DNA of 64,000 nucleotides from Alphaproteobacteria bacterium (GTDB taxonomy: Bacteria; Pseudomonadota; Alphaproteobacteria; Bin95). The first letter of the stretch is position 1; every line of letters starts with the position of its first letter. The notes under the pieces were generated by a model. It saw only the letters and a list, made by a program, of their open reading frames with translations. It ran no database searches and was not told where the DNA came from. Below, piece by piece: positions 1-8,197 of the stretch. Where the stretch lies: the NCBI GenBank assembly GCA_965205265.1, contig CBDBGH010000003.1:5088001-5152000 (forward strand). The letters are read 5' to 3'. The translations under genes and the position numbers were made by a program.

Positions 1-546
1 GGTTTTTTCCAGGTGCGCGTCCTCTCCGTTCACCAGGTAGTTGTCGGGGTTCCATGGCGTTGCGTTGCGGCCGATGAAAGCGCGCAGGCGCTTCAGCTCG
101 CCGAGCAATTGCTCGGCGAGGACCTTGTCGCCGGTCGGCACGCGGCGGGCGGCGGGTCCGGCCGCTTCGCCGCCTTCCGGTTCTTCGGCCTCGCCGGCGA
201 GAAGACCCCGCACGAGGGCATCGGCCCTTCGCGCCGCCTGCGGTGTCTTGCCGGGCCGGAAATTGCCATTGCCGTCCAGGGCCTCCAGGACGTCGTCGCG
301 CACGGCCTCGAGAGCCTTGCGCATTTCGCCGTTCCGTGCGCGCAGCAGGTCGTTCTCCGCCGCCAGTTCGGGGGCGGCGCGCAGCAGGTCATGGTCCTCG
401 GGCGACACCAGGATGGCGATCGCCTTGCGCCAGGCGCTGCTCTCGTCCGGGGCGTCATCGGGGAGAGGCCCGCGGAGCATGTAGCCGTTCGGGGCCCGGT
501 CGATGAACCAGGGCGGCGGCGTGTGTCCTTCGATGTTCTTCATCAT
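1..546 (-). CDS. Phage-type hypothetical protein, 3' end outside the window
   Basis: Own translation MMKNIEGHTPPPWFID...LLRAAPELAAEN; the HTPxPW...AAPEL pattern is common in small phage proteins; coupled to the upstream gene. Confidence 0.7.
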   Translation of the reverse strand, partial: MMKNIEGHTPPPWFIDRAPNGYMLRGPLPDDAPDESSAWRKAIAILVSPEDHDLLRAAPELAAENDLLRARNGEMRKALEAVRDDVLEALDGNGNFRPGKTPQAARRADALVRGLLAGEAEEPEGGEAAGPAARRVPTGDKVLAEQLLGELKRLRAFIGRNATPWNPDNYLVNGEDAHLEKT

Positions 547-767
547 GATGCCCTATGGCGCTTCGGGCTGATGTCCCGGTCCTCCGCAAGTCCACCGTGC
601 TGCGGGCAGCCTTCGCCGAGAAGGCGTTCATGGCCGCAGGCGCTGCACCGGAACAGCGCGGTCGTCCATCCGCATTCGGGGCAATGCCAGAGCCCCGCCG
701 GCCGGTAGCGGCGGTGCCGGCAGACAACGCCCCAGACACGGGCGAGAAAGGTCGCGGCGACGATCAT
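543..767 (-). CDS. Small Cys-rich, putative zinc-binding protein
   Basis: MIVAATFLARVW...HCPECG...RCSACG...CPQHG; ATGA overlap with the upstream gene. Confidence 0.6.
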   Translation of the reverse strand: MIVAATFLARVWGVVCRHRRYRPAGLWHCPECGWTTALFRCSACGHERLLGEGCPQHGGLAEDRDISPKRHRAS

Positions 768-1009
768 GCATCCCCGTCGTCGCTGAATTTGCAGTAGCTC
801 CAGCCTCTCCAGCGCCGGTCGCGGCAGAAGACCTGGGGTTGCATGCTCGGAGACGGGCCGCGCGTTCCGCGGGCCAGGAAGAACCGGCCGGAGGGATAGT
901 CGGTCTCGATCCGGATGTCGCGCAGCTGTTTCGACCGTTGCCGCCGGGCGGCGGCGGCTTCGTCCGTGCTTTCGTAGAACTGCACCCGAACGTTGATCGC
1001 CCTGCTCAT
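764..1009 (-). CDS. Hypothetical protein, CRDRxWR family, copy 4
   Basis: MSRAINVRVQFY...SGRFFLAR...VFCRDRRWRGWSYCKF; ATGA-coupled. Confidence 0.75.
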   Translation of the reverse strand: MSRAINVRVQFYESTDEAAAARRQRSKQLRDIRIETDYPSGRFFLARGTRGPSPSMQPQVFCRDRRWRGWSYCKFSDDGDA

Positions 1010-1251
1010 TCCGGGAGACCCTCCGTTGGCCATACGCACCGGCTCCAGCCTCTCCAGCGCCGGTCCCTGCAGAACACCTTGCGCTGCGAGAGCGGATTGG
1101 CCTCGTCCGCCTTGCGGTACAGGAAGACCCGGCCGGACGCATGGTGAATGTCCGTCTCGACGGGCGCCCGCCTCGACAGTCTCTCCATGTCGGCGGCCGC
1201 AGCCTCGGAGGTCGTATAGAGGGCAACCCGGGAATCGTAGCTCGCGCTCAT
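1006..1251 (-). CDS. Hypothetical protein, CRDRxWR family, copy 3
   Basis: MSASYDSRVALY...HASGRVFLYR...VFCRDRRWRGWSRCVWP; ATGA-coupled. Confidence 0.75.
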   Translation of the reverse strand: MSASYDSRVALYTTSEAAAADMERLSRRAPVETDIHHASGRVFLYRKADEANPLSQRKVFCRDRRWRGWSRCVWPTEGLPE

Positions 1252-1496
1252 GCCGCCGCCACCGATCTCGGCCACTCGCACCGGCTGACGACACGCCAGC
1301 GCCGGTCGCGGCAGAGCACCCGGCGTTCTTTCCACCAGAGGTTCGGCTCGTCCGGGTTGCGGGCCAGGAAGCGCTGGCCGGTGAGTCTGTGGACCCTGAC
1401 GTAAACTCTCTTGGGGTTCGAGAGTCCGCTGCGGGCGGCACAGGCGTCCCGCCGGGTCCCGTAGAACTGCACCCGGCGGTCGATGCCGCTGCTCAT
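1248..1496 (-). CDS. Hypothetical protein, CRDRxWR family, copy 2
   Basis: MSSGIDRRVQFY...HRLTGQRFLAR...VLCRDRRWRVVSRCEWP; ATGA-coupled. Confidence 0.75.
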   Translation of the reverse strand: MSSGIDRRVQFYGTRRDACAARSGLSNPKRVYVRVHRLTGQRFLARNPDEPNLWWKERRVLCRDRRWRVVSRCEWPRSVAAA

Positions 1497-2005
1497 GACG
1501 GCGGGCCGTCCGGCCATTGGCAGGCCGCGAAGGGACGCCACACCTTGTCCCGGCAGAGGGCGTGGCGCGCCAGGTAACCTGACCGGATCAGAAACCGGCT
1601 GTCGGAGACAGGATGGCGAGCGATCTGGATGTGCATTGTGGCCGGGTGCCCGTCGCGCTCCTCGACAGCGGCGAAATCGCTTCCGAAGAACAGCACTTCC
1701 TCCGGACAGGTGAGCAGGGCGTCGATGCGGTTGGCCATCTCGTTGGCCCTGGGGGCCAGCGGCAGTGGATCGCCGTTTCTGTGAGCGGCGTTGCTCATGT
1801 CCAGAAGCAGGGCGTTGCAGTCGGCCAGCGCGGCGCGAAGCCGGACATTCCGTTCCTCCAGTTCCTCCCAGCAGAACGGGCAGATGGCGCCGTCGCGGCC
1901 CCAGTCATGGCGGGAGCCCAGTCTGGCGTCGCAAAGCTCCTTCAGCTTGGCCTGGGCGGCCTCGCTGCCCATGTCCACTTCGTGCCTGTAGCAGCCCCAG
2001 CCCAT
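1493..2005 (-). CDS. Hypothetical protein with N-terminal Cys motif and coiled segment, and C-terminal CRDKxWR domain (copy 1)
   Basis: MGWGCYRHE...CPFCWEE...HPVSDSRFLIR...LCRDKVWRPFAACQWP; RBS GGGGAG upstream. Confidence 0.75.
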   Translation of the reverse strand: MGWGCYRHEVDMGSEAAQAKLKELCDARLGSRHDWGRDGAICPFCWEELEERNVRLRAALADCNALLLDMSNAAHRNGDPLPLAPRANEMANRIDALLTCPEEVLFFGSDFAAVEERDGHPATMHIQIARHPVSDSRFLIRSGYLARHALCRDKVWRPFAACQWPDGPPS

Positions 2006-2094
2006 GGGTCTCACTCCCCGGTTGCAATCGTTCGTTCGGCGGCCATTCGCGCAGGCTGTTCCGGCGGCCCATGCGATGCCGGTCCTGAGCATGC

Positions 2095-2149
2095 AGTTTA
2101 CCGGCAGCGGGCAATTATGTCAATCCGATTGTCATGATAAGCGGATTGC
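2095..2149 (-). promoter_or_regulatory. Sigma70-type promoter (TTGACA-N17-TAAACT) overlapped by the tandem two-box motif
   Basis: -35 at 2118-2123, -10 at 2095-2100; boxes CAATCCGATTG-N6-TAAGCGGATTG at 2121-2148. Confidence 0.7.
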
Positions 2150-2275
2150 GGTTTTGTCCTCCAGATCGCGGGAGGGCACTGCGTTCATGGGCGATTTCCC
2201 TCCCTCCTGCCTTGCCCTTGGAGAGCGTCAAGCGCCTTGTCCCGGAAGCGGGCGCACGGGGAAGAACAATGCCGG

Positions 2276-2569
2276 TCAGGGTTCCATGGTGGAGTCGGGC
2301 TCCGCGGCCGTCGCGAGACCGGGAACCTCCTCCCGGAAAAAACGGCGCAGGCGGGACTTCATCGTCCCCCAATTGTCAAGGCCGCGCAGACAGTCCTCTA
2401 CGCCTTCCTTGACCCGGTCGGGGACCGGGCAAGCGTCGCCGGGCTCGAAGAGAAAGCGCTCGGGACGGCTCGGGCTCCAGGGGGTCTGCACGACATGGCC
2501 GATCTCGGCGCCTTCCGGGGTGGCCACTGCGGCCCGGTTGCCTGTTCGGGCGGAAACGGTGACTTGCAT
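2276..2569 (-). CDS. Hypothetical protein
   Basis: 97-aa ORF with RBS AAGGAG; same strand as the operon. Confidence 0.6.
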   Translation of the reverse strand: MQVTVSARTGNRAAVATPEGAEIGHVVQTPWSPSRPERFLFEPGDACPVPDRVKEGVEDCLRGLDNWGTMKSRLRRFFREEVPGLATAAEPDSTMEP

Positions 2570-2620
2570 GGGCGCTCCTTACGGAGTTTTCAAAGGGACT
2601 TGCAATAGTGAGTTGGCGGC

Positions 2621-2962
2621 TCACGCCACGGACCCGGTCTCGCTCCCCACGCTCTCCTTGGCGAAGGCCACGGCGTCCTTGAGCTGTTCGGCGGTCGCCG
2701 GCGTGGCGTGGAACCAGGCGACTGGCGGATGCGGCCGGACGGCGCTTTCGGCGAAGAGGGCCTCGACGCCGGCAATCAGCCGGGCGTTGATCTCCCGCAG
2801 TCGTGCGGCCTCCCTCTCCGCCGCATCGGCAATGCCGGCATGGACATAATCGACTTCCCTTGACGGATAGTCGCAGGTCCAGAGCCGCAGGCGCGGCGGC
2901 GGGTTCTTCGCGGTCTGCACATAGTGGGGAAGGCCAACGGCCGATTCCAGCTGAGCGGTCAT
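2621..2962 (-). CDS. Hypothetical protein
   Basis: MTAQLESAVG...; start abuts the stop of the upstream gene. Confidence 0.6.
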   Translation of the reverse strand: MTAQLESAVGLPHYVQTAKNPPPRLRLWTCDYPSREVDYVHAGIADAAEREAARLREINARLIAGVEALFAESAVRPHPPVAWFHATPATAEQLKDAVAFAKESVGSETGSVA

Positions 2963-3420
2963 CAGGGTGTCTCCGTCCTTCCCGACTCGGGTGCCGGGTC
3001 TTCGCCGATGTGCTGGAGGATGATGAACCGGGCATCGACGACCGCGCACAGCGGTAGCAGCGCCAGGAGGAAGATGCAGGCAGCCGGGTAGAGAAGCGGC
3101 AGACCCGGTTCGGCGTCCGGCGAGAGAATCTGCGTGGGAAGCGTGAATGCCCGGAGACCGGCCTCAAACACCATGATGCCGACCAGAAACACGACGGAGT
3201 AGATTGCGGCAAGGAGACCGAGGGTAGTGGGCTGGCGCCATGGCTTGACGGCGGACCGCACCCAGCCGTGGCGCAGGGCATCCCCGACAGGCCCCAGGGC
3301 GGGGACCATGTAGATGAGCATGACGGAAAGCGGGTCGACGACGGGATCCAGAAGCAGGCCGACGGCGGTCACCAGGAATACGGTCTTGACGACCAGGATG
3401 ACGAAGGTGGGGCCGTTCAT
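2962..3420 (-). CDS. Hypothetical membrane protein (about 4 TM segments)
   Basis: MNGPTFVILVVKTVFLVTAVGLLL...; several hydrophobic segments; ATGA-coupled. Confidence 0.65.
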   Translation of the reverse strand: MNGPTFVILVVKTVFLVTAVGLLLDPVVDPLSVMLIYMVPALGPVGDALRHGWVRSAVKPWRQPTTLGLLAAIYSVVFLVGIMVFEAGLRAFTLPTQILSPDAEPGLPLLYPAACIFLLALLPLCAVVDARFIILQHIGEDPAPESGRTETP

Positions 3421-4055
3421 GGCCGTGTTCCTTGCGGACGTTGATTCAGACCGGGCTCGGGGTGCGACCGAACCGGCTTCGAGGCTGCGGACATCACGAG
3501 CGCCGCGCGCCTGTGGGCGGCGAGGGCGTCTATGATGTCCAGCACCAATTGCTGCAGCCGCCTCTCGGAGGGCACGGGATCCAGCCACTCGAACTCGATC
3601 GCCGCTGCGCCCGCCCGGTCGTAGAAGACGCCGCTGAGCAGATCCGCCTGTCCCTGGCCGGCCGAAACCCGGTGCGGGTCTTCGCTAAGGTCAACCAGCC
3701 GGCAGCGGAAACGGGGCGCCCAGGTGTGGACGAGATAGGTCCGCCGCTCGCCGCTCGGCATGGGAAGACCGTGGGCGATCAACCAGCGGTCCCGACGCCA
3801 CTTCGGCTCCGGGGGCGTCTGGCCGAGCAGGCGGACGATGCGCATCTGAATGCGCGGCGGAACCTTATGGAGGTCCGCGGCCCAGCGCCTGATGCGGAAT
3901 CCCGGCACCCGGAGTTTCCGGGCAAGGGCGTGCAGGGACGGTTGCGGGAACACGAGGCGTCCCAGGCTGTCCCGGCCCGGACGCCCGCACAGGGCGCGCG
4001 CAAGGTCGAGAAAGGCTTTCCTGGAGCGGAATTCCGAAGGATTGTTCCCGGTCAT
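3417..4055 (-). CDS. Hypothetical protein, possible N-terminal HTH
   Basis: MTGNNPSEF...LHALARKLRVPGFRIRRWA...YLVHTWAPRFRCR; ATGA-coupled. Confidence 0.65.
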   Translation of the reverse strand: MTGNNPSEFRSRKAFLDLARALCGRPGRDSLGRLVFPQPSLHALARKLRVPGFRIRRWAADLHKVPPRIQMRIVRLLGQTPPEPKWRRDRWLIAHGLPMPSGERRTYLVHTWAPRFRCRLVDLSEDPHRVSAGQGQADLLSGVFYDRAGAAAIEFEWLDPVPSERRLQQLVLDIIDALAAHRRAALVMSAASKPVRSHPEPGLNQRPQGTRP

Positions 4056-4732
4056 CCAGGCGGCTCCGGCGAAGGGCCTGCGCTCGGGGACTCGTCCGGG
4101 CCGTCGGCCGGAGCCCCGAGACCGCGGGCTTTCCCCATCATGCGCGCCAGGACATGTTCCTGAAGCTCCATTATCCAGACGCGGTCGGTGCGCCCATCGG
4201 CGGAGTCGCGCCAGATCGCGGCTTGCTGGGCCATGGAGACCGCCGCGCCCAGATAGGCGGGAGTCGGTGTATGGAGGTCGAGCAGGCACCACATGACGCA
4301 GGACCGGACAGCTCCGAAATGGGGCACCGGGGTTGCGGGCAGTGCAGCGATCCGGTCGCGCAGCCTGATCGCCTCCATCCCGAAGGCCTGCGGCTCGCCG
4401 GCCTCGCCGTTGCCGGCCAGCCTTGCGAGCAGGGAGGCGGCCTTTGTGACAACGGGGTCCTCGAGCAGGGACGGGGTTCCCTGCCGCTGGACAAACCCTT
4501 CTTCCGACCATTCCCACGGGCCGGCGAGCGGACTGGCGTCGTCGGTGAACAGCCAGTGCCACCATGCGGCCCGCCTGTCGGCCGTCATGGCCTGCAGCAG
4601 CGCGACGAGCGTTCCGCCGGTCCGCTCGTTCTGCCTGCCGAGTTGCCCGGCGAGTGCATGGCGCGGCATCCGGTATCGTTCCTGATCGGTCAGGATACCG
4701 GATTGCAGCTCAGGGACCGGGTCCGTCATCAT
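4052..4732 (-). CDS. Hypothetical protein with one AxWxxWLF..SP domain
   Basis: MMTDPVPELQ...RAAWWHWLFTDDASPLAGPW; paralog of the adjacent gene. Confidence 0.65.
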   Translation of the reverse strand: MMTDPVPELQSGILTDQERYRMPRHALAGQLGRQNERTGGTLVALLQAMTADRRAAWWHWLFTDDASPLAGPWEWSEEGFVQRQGTPSLLEDPVVTKAASLLARLAGNGEAGEPQAFGMEAIRLRDRIAALPATPVPHFGAVRSCVMWCLLDLHTPTPAYLGAAVSMAQQAAIWRDSADGRTDRVWIMELQEHVLARMMGKARGLGAPADGPDESPSAGPSPEPPG

Positions 4733-5774
4733 GCGGTTCTCCTGTGGGTTCCGGAGCCCCTTCCGGGTCGAGCCGGAAATGCATGGCGAGCAACGCATCC
4801 GTTTCGGCGTTGGCCTGGGCGACCGGGTCCAGGGCGGCCGCCTCCCATCCCGCAACGGAGCGCAGCATGCCGACGGCCATCGAGAGGAACCGCGGGTCCC
4901 TGCGGTCGGGCTGGCCGGCCAGCCAGATCGCGGCCTCGCGGACAGCATGGAGCGCCGGCAAGGAGGAAGTGCGGGTTCTGCACAGTGTGTCGTGCCGCTC
5001 GACGAGATCGGGCGCGGGCTCGCCGCGGGCAAGGCGTCCGAAGCAGGCGCCCAGCATGGCGACGGGCTCGTCATGGAACCAGTTGCGGGCGGGACTTTCG
5101 GCACCGGAGAAAGCCCAGTGCCGCCATTCCGCGAATTCCTTTTCGGAGGTCCGGCTGAGCCGGGAAACCAGGCTCGAGGCCAGCTCGTCATTGCGCATGA
5201 CCAGAAATTCCGGCCGGTCGTCGGCCTGGGCAAAGCGCCGGCTGGCCGCTGCCATCGAGCGAAGGTTCCGCCTGATCGCGGCCTCGAGTTCGCCGGCCGG
5301 CAGACCCGACCCCCATACCCGGGCGCCGGCGGCCTGGGCGACCGCAGGCGTCAGCATTCCGGGAACCGACATCCGGCGGTCTCCCGAGAGCCAGAGGGCG
5401 GCCTGATGGGCTACCGCCGGGGCCGGCTGCAGGGGCTCGCGGGTTGCGCGCAGGCGTTCGGCAAGAGAGCGGAACGCCTCGGGCCGGTGCGGTTCGGCGC
5501 GCCCGAACTCGTCGAAAAGGCGCACGGCTTCAGGAAGAACGGGATGGCTGCGCCATGAGGAGGGCAGCGGGCTCTCGGGAGAGTCGAACAGCCATGCGCA
5601 CCAGGCGGCGAAGCCCTGCGGTGTCATCGCCTCCAGTCTGGCCGCGATGAGGCGCTCGCGTTCGCGGTTTTCAGCCCAGAGACCGAGACCGGTCCCCGGT
5701 GCCTGCCGGTCTTCGTGAGACGTTCCGGTATTCGGGTTCATCTGTGCGGCCTCGTGCGGCAAGGTAGAGGGCAA
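4710..5774 (-). CDS. Hypothetical protein with two AxWxxWxF..SP domains
   Basis: FAAWCAWLFDSPESPLPSSW and FAEWRHWAFSGAESPARNW; start may be 5741. Confidence 0.65.
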   Translation of the reverse strand: MPSTLPHEAAQMNPNTGTSHEDRQAPGTGLGLWAENRERERLIAARLEAMTPQGFAAWCAWLFDSPESPLPSSWRSHPVLPEAVRLFDEFGRAEPHRPEAFRSLAERLRATREPLQPAPAVAHQAALWLSGDRRMSVPGMLTPAVAQAAGARVWGSGLPAGELEAAIRRNLRSMAAASRRFAQADDRPEFLVMRNDELASSLVSRLSRTSEKEFAEWRHWAFSGAESPARNWFHDEPVAMLGACFGRLARGEPAPDLVERHDTLCRTRTSSLPALHAVREAAIWLAGQPDRRDPRFLSMAVGMLRSVAGWEAAALDPVAQANAETDALLAMHFRLDPEGAPEPTGEPHDDGPGP

Positions 5775-5807
5775 CAGCCTAGCATCCCGCCAAGAAAAAG
5801 CCGTGGC

Positions 5808-6392
5808 CTATGCGTATGCGGTCCACGGCAGCGGATCGAACGCGCCGTCCGGGCGCCTCTCGATCCGGATCGCCGCCGCGAAGCTGGCGATGCGCACGTC
5901 GTTCCGCGACGAGGCCCGGCGCCGGAAGGGGCGGCCGACGAAACGGTTCGGAACCGGGGTCGCTGTCCCCGTCATCGATCCGGTCGCCACGCTGTGCCGG
6001 GCGATCTCGCGAAGCCAGACCATGGTCCGGCCGGCGAGTGCGGTGACCTGGTAGAAATCGACATTGGTCTGGTTGTATCCCCAGCTGGAGGCGAGGATAT
6101 CGCCGACGGCCAGGGAATGCGGCGCGTTGCGCCTCCCGTCGGCGTGCCGGTGCCGCTCGCGCCGGTCCCTGAACATCCTCTCGATGGCGTTGTCGCGGCT
6201 TTCGATACTCGCGTAGCGAAAGCGCATGACCGGCTTCCGGGCCCTGCCCTCGAATCCGGCGAAACAGAACTCGGTCTTTCCCTCGACGACAATGTCCCAG
6301 AGCCAGGCGACAGCATCGCTCTGCGGGTCCTGGCGCCGGGTTGCGTGGGTGGGGAAGTAGTCTTCCCTGGAACGTGCGGCGGCTCGCGGCAT
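5808..6392 (-). CDS. Conserved phage/plasmid hypothetical protein
   Basis: Motif VGDILASSWGYNQTNVDFYQV recognised from MGE proteins; RBS GGAGGAG. Confidence 0.8.
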   Translation of the reverse strand: MPRAAARSREDYFPTHATRRQDPQSDAVAWLWDIVVEGKTEFCFAGFEGRARKPVMRFRYASIESRDNAIERMFRDRRERHRHADGRRNAPHSLAVGDILASSWGYNQTNVDFYQVTALAGRTMVWLREIARHSVATGSMTGTATPVPNRFVGRPFRRRASSRNDVRIASFAAAIRIERRPDGAFDPLPWTAYA

Positions 6393-6439
6393 GGCACTCT
6401 CCTCCCGAGGTCCTTATGACTGCCTTCCGACACGGTCCG

Positions 6440-6493
6440 AGCCTACCGTTCCTTTAGACATATGTCAAGTGGCTTGTTATTGTAAGCGGATTG
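6440..6493 (-). promoter_or_regulatory. Sigma70-type promoter (TTGACA-N17-TAGGCT) with tandem boxes
   Basis: -35 at 6463-6468, -10 at 6440-6445; boxes CAAGTGGCTTG-N6-TAAGCGGATTG. Confidence 0.65.
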
Positions 6494-6729
6494 CAATGAA
6501 AAGCGGCTTATGGGAAAACGGGGTTTGCGGAACGGCAGGACAGGCGCGGGACGCTTGAGCTGGCCGCGGTTGCCCCGGCAGGGTTGGAAACCCGGAGGCT
6601 GGTGTCGATGCCCCGTGAGTTCAGCCCCGATGGAGCGGTTCGTGCCCGAGAGAATGTCGGAAGTGCCGCCGTCGCGGAGATAGCCGCAGCGGGGTCACCG
6701 GATGCCGCTGAACGACATGATTGTCGTCA

Positions 6730-6783
6730 CAATCCGATTATTTTGGCAATCCGCTTGACACAGTCACGCGGGACGACTATAAG
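6730..6783 (+). promoter_or_regulatory. tRNA-array promoter (TTGACA-N17-TATAAG) with tandem boxes
   Basis: -35 at 6755-6760, -10 at 6778-6783; boxes CAATCCGATTA-N6-CAATCCGCTTG. Confidence 0.75.
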
Positions 6784-6893
6784 AGTTCCGCGAGACAGTC
6801 AAGAACAACGCCCTGTCGTTTGAGCCGATCTGCCGGCTCCGTCGGGGCAGAGGAGGCGGACATAGAGACAGACCGAGAGGATCCCGGTCAGGC

Positions 6894-6969
6894 GCCGCAT
6901 TAGCTCAATGGACAGAGCGACGGTTTTCTAAACCGCGGGTTGCGGGTTCGAGTCCTGCATGCGGCCCCA
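6894..6969 (+). tRNA. tRNA-Arg(TCT)
   Basis: Cloverleaf, anticodon loop TTTCTAA, CCA. Confidence 0.9.
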
Positions 6970-6993
6970 GCCTCCGGGTTTCCAGCCCTGCCG

Positions 6994-7084
6994 GGGAGGG
7001 TGCCAGAGAGGCTGAATGGACCGGACTGTAAATCCGGCGGTACCGAAAGGGCCCGCGCAGGTTCGAATCCTGCTCCTCCCACCA
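6994..7084 (+). tRNA. tRNA-Tyr(GTA)
   Basis: Loop CTGTAAA, long variable arm, ACCA. Confidence 0.92.
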
Positions 7085-7127
7085 GGGAACCGGGATACGG
7101 GGAAGCCGGGTCACGCCGACCTCCGGC

Positions 7128-7203
7128 GCCGCATTAGCTCAGCTGGTAGAGCAGTCGCCTTGTAAGCGACCGGTCGCGGGTTCGAGGCCTGCATGCGGCT
7201 CCA
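7128..7203 (+). tRNA. tRNA-Thr(TGT)
   Basis: Loop CTTGTAA, CCA. Confidence 0.92.
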
Positions 7204-7206
7204 CCC

Positions 7207-7282
7207 GGCCCCTTCGTCTAAAGGTCAGGATACGAGATTCTCAATCTCGGGATGGCGGGTTCAAGTCCCCCAGGGGCCTCCA
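7207..7282 (+). tRNA. tRNA-Glu(CTC)
   Basis: Loop TTCTCAA, Glu-type D arm, CCA. Confidence 0.88.
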
Positions 7283-7386
7283 GAGGAACACTTACGGGCG
7301 CATGCCCCGTCTGCATGCGGGAAGAGGAACGAAGAAGGAGAAACAGCGCCGGGACACGGTGAAACACGACTCGGACATGCGCGGAT

Positions 7387-7461
7387 GCCGCATTAGCTCA
7401 ATTGGCAGAGCGGTCGTTTCGTAATCGACTGACGCGGGTTCGACTCCTGCATGCGGCTCCA
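7387..7461 (+). tRNA. tRNA-Thr(CGT)
   Basis: Loop TTCGTAA, CCA. Confidence 0.88.
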
Positions 7462-7484
7462 GCCGGGATTTCCGGAAGCGGGAC

Positions 7485-7560
7485 GACCCCTTGGTCTAAC
7501 GGTCAGGATACGAGACTTTCAATCTCGGGGCGGCGGGTTCGATTCCCCCAGGGGTCACCA
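7485..7560 (+). tRNA. tRNA-Glu(TTC)
   Basis: Loop CTTTCAA, ACCA. Confidence 0.88.
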
Positions 7561-7563
7561 AAC

Positions 7564-7657
7564 GGAAGGATGCCGGAGTCCGGTTTATCGGGGCGGGTTG
7601 CTAACCCGTTGTGCGCCGCAAGGCGCGCCGTGGGTTCGAATCCCACTCCTTCCGCCA
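7564..7657 (+). tRNA. tRNA-Ser(GCT)
   Basis: Loop TTGCTAA, long variable arm, GCCA. Confidence 0.92.
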
Positions 7658-7696
7658 CCGGCCGCCGGGACAGCAAGGGGAGACGGAAGAAAACAC

Positions 7697-7771
7697 GATG
7701 CGGTGGGAGAGAGGCTTATCCGCGGGGCCGCAAACCCCGTTACGCCGGTTCGAATCCGGCCCGCATCTCCA
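7697..7771 (+). tRNA. tRNA-Cys(GCA) with C33
   Basis: Loop CCGCAAA, U73, CCA. Confidence 0.85.
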
Positions 7772-7779
7772 GAACGGCA

Positions 7780-7857
7780 CGGGGTGTGGCGCAGTCTGGT
7801 CAGCGCGTCTGCTTTGGGAGCAGGTGGCCGCAGGTTCGAATCCTGCCACCCCGACCA
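7780..7857 (+). tRNA. tRNA-Pro(TGG)
   Basis: Loop TTTGGGA, C1:G72, ACCA. Confidence 0.92.
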
Positions 7858-7865
7858 TGACACGG

Positions 7866-7939
7866 GCGTTCGTAGTTCAAAGGGAGAATACCAGGTCGCC
7901 ATCCTGGTGATCCCGGTTCGAGTCCGGGCGGACGCTCCA
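7866..7939 (+). tRNA. tRNA-Gly(GCC) with C33
   Basis: Loop TCGCCAT, GCG acceptor, U73, CCA. Confidence 0.85.
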
Positions 7940-7948
7940 GAACATCCA

Positions 7949-8024
7949 TGGCCAGTAGCTCAACCGGCAGAGCACTGGATTGTTACTCCAGGGGTTGCAG
8001 GTTCGAAGCCTGCCTGGCCAGCCA
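7949..8024 (+). tRNA. tRNA-Asn(GTT)
   Basis: Loop TTGTTAC, U1:A72, GCCA. Confidence 0.9.
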
Positions 8025-8025
8025 A

Positions 8026-8135
8026 GCGTCCGTGGTTCAAAGGAACGGTTCCGGGCTTCCGGGCGGCCGTTCCGAGGAAGGGCACCGGTTTTTTCAACAC
8101 CGGGGATGCGGGTTCGAATCCCGCCGGACGCTCCA
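8026..8135 (+). tRNA. Aberrant 110-nt tRNA-like gene: Gly-type acceptor, D-arm insertion, expanded anticodon loop
   Basis: Perfect GCGTCCG/CGGACGC acceptor, TCCA end, perfect T arm; extra hairpin of about 30 nt; loop TTTTTCAAC. Confidence 0.65.
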
Positions 8136-8197
8136 GACACGTTACCGGCCGGCAGGCATCGCCAAGGTCCTGCCGGCCGGCACCGAGGGGACACGGA

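Noticed and set aside
2141-2151. GCGGATTGCGG identical to part of the Cas9 CRISPR repeat
   Set aside because: Only 11 bp, and it is part of the promoter box motif; the other boxes do not extend the match, so it is probably coincidental
8026-8135. Selenocysteine tRNA interpretation of the TCA-containing gene
   Set aside because: 7-bp Gly-type acceptor, U73 and short variable loop do not fit tRNA-Sec; no selA/selB seen
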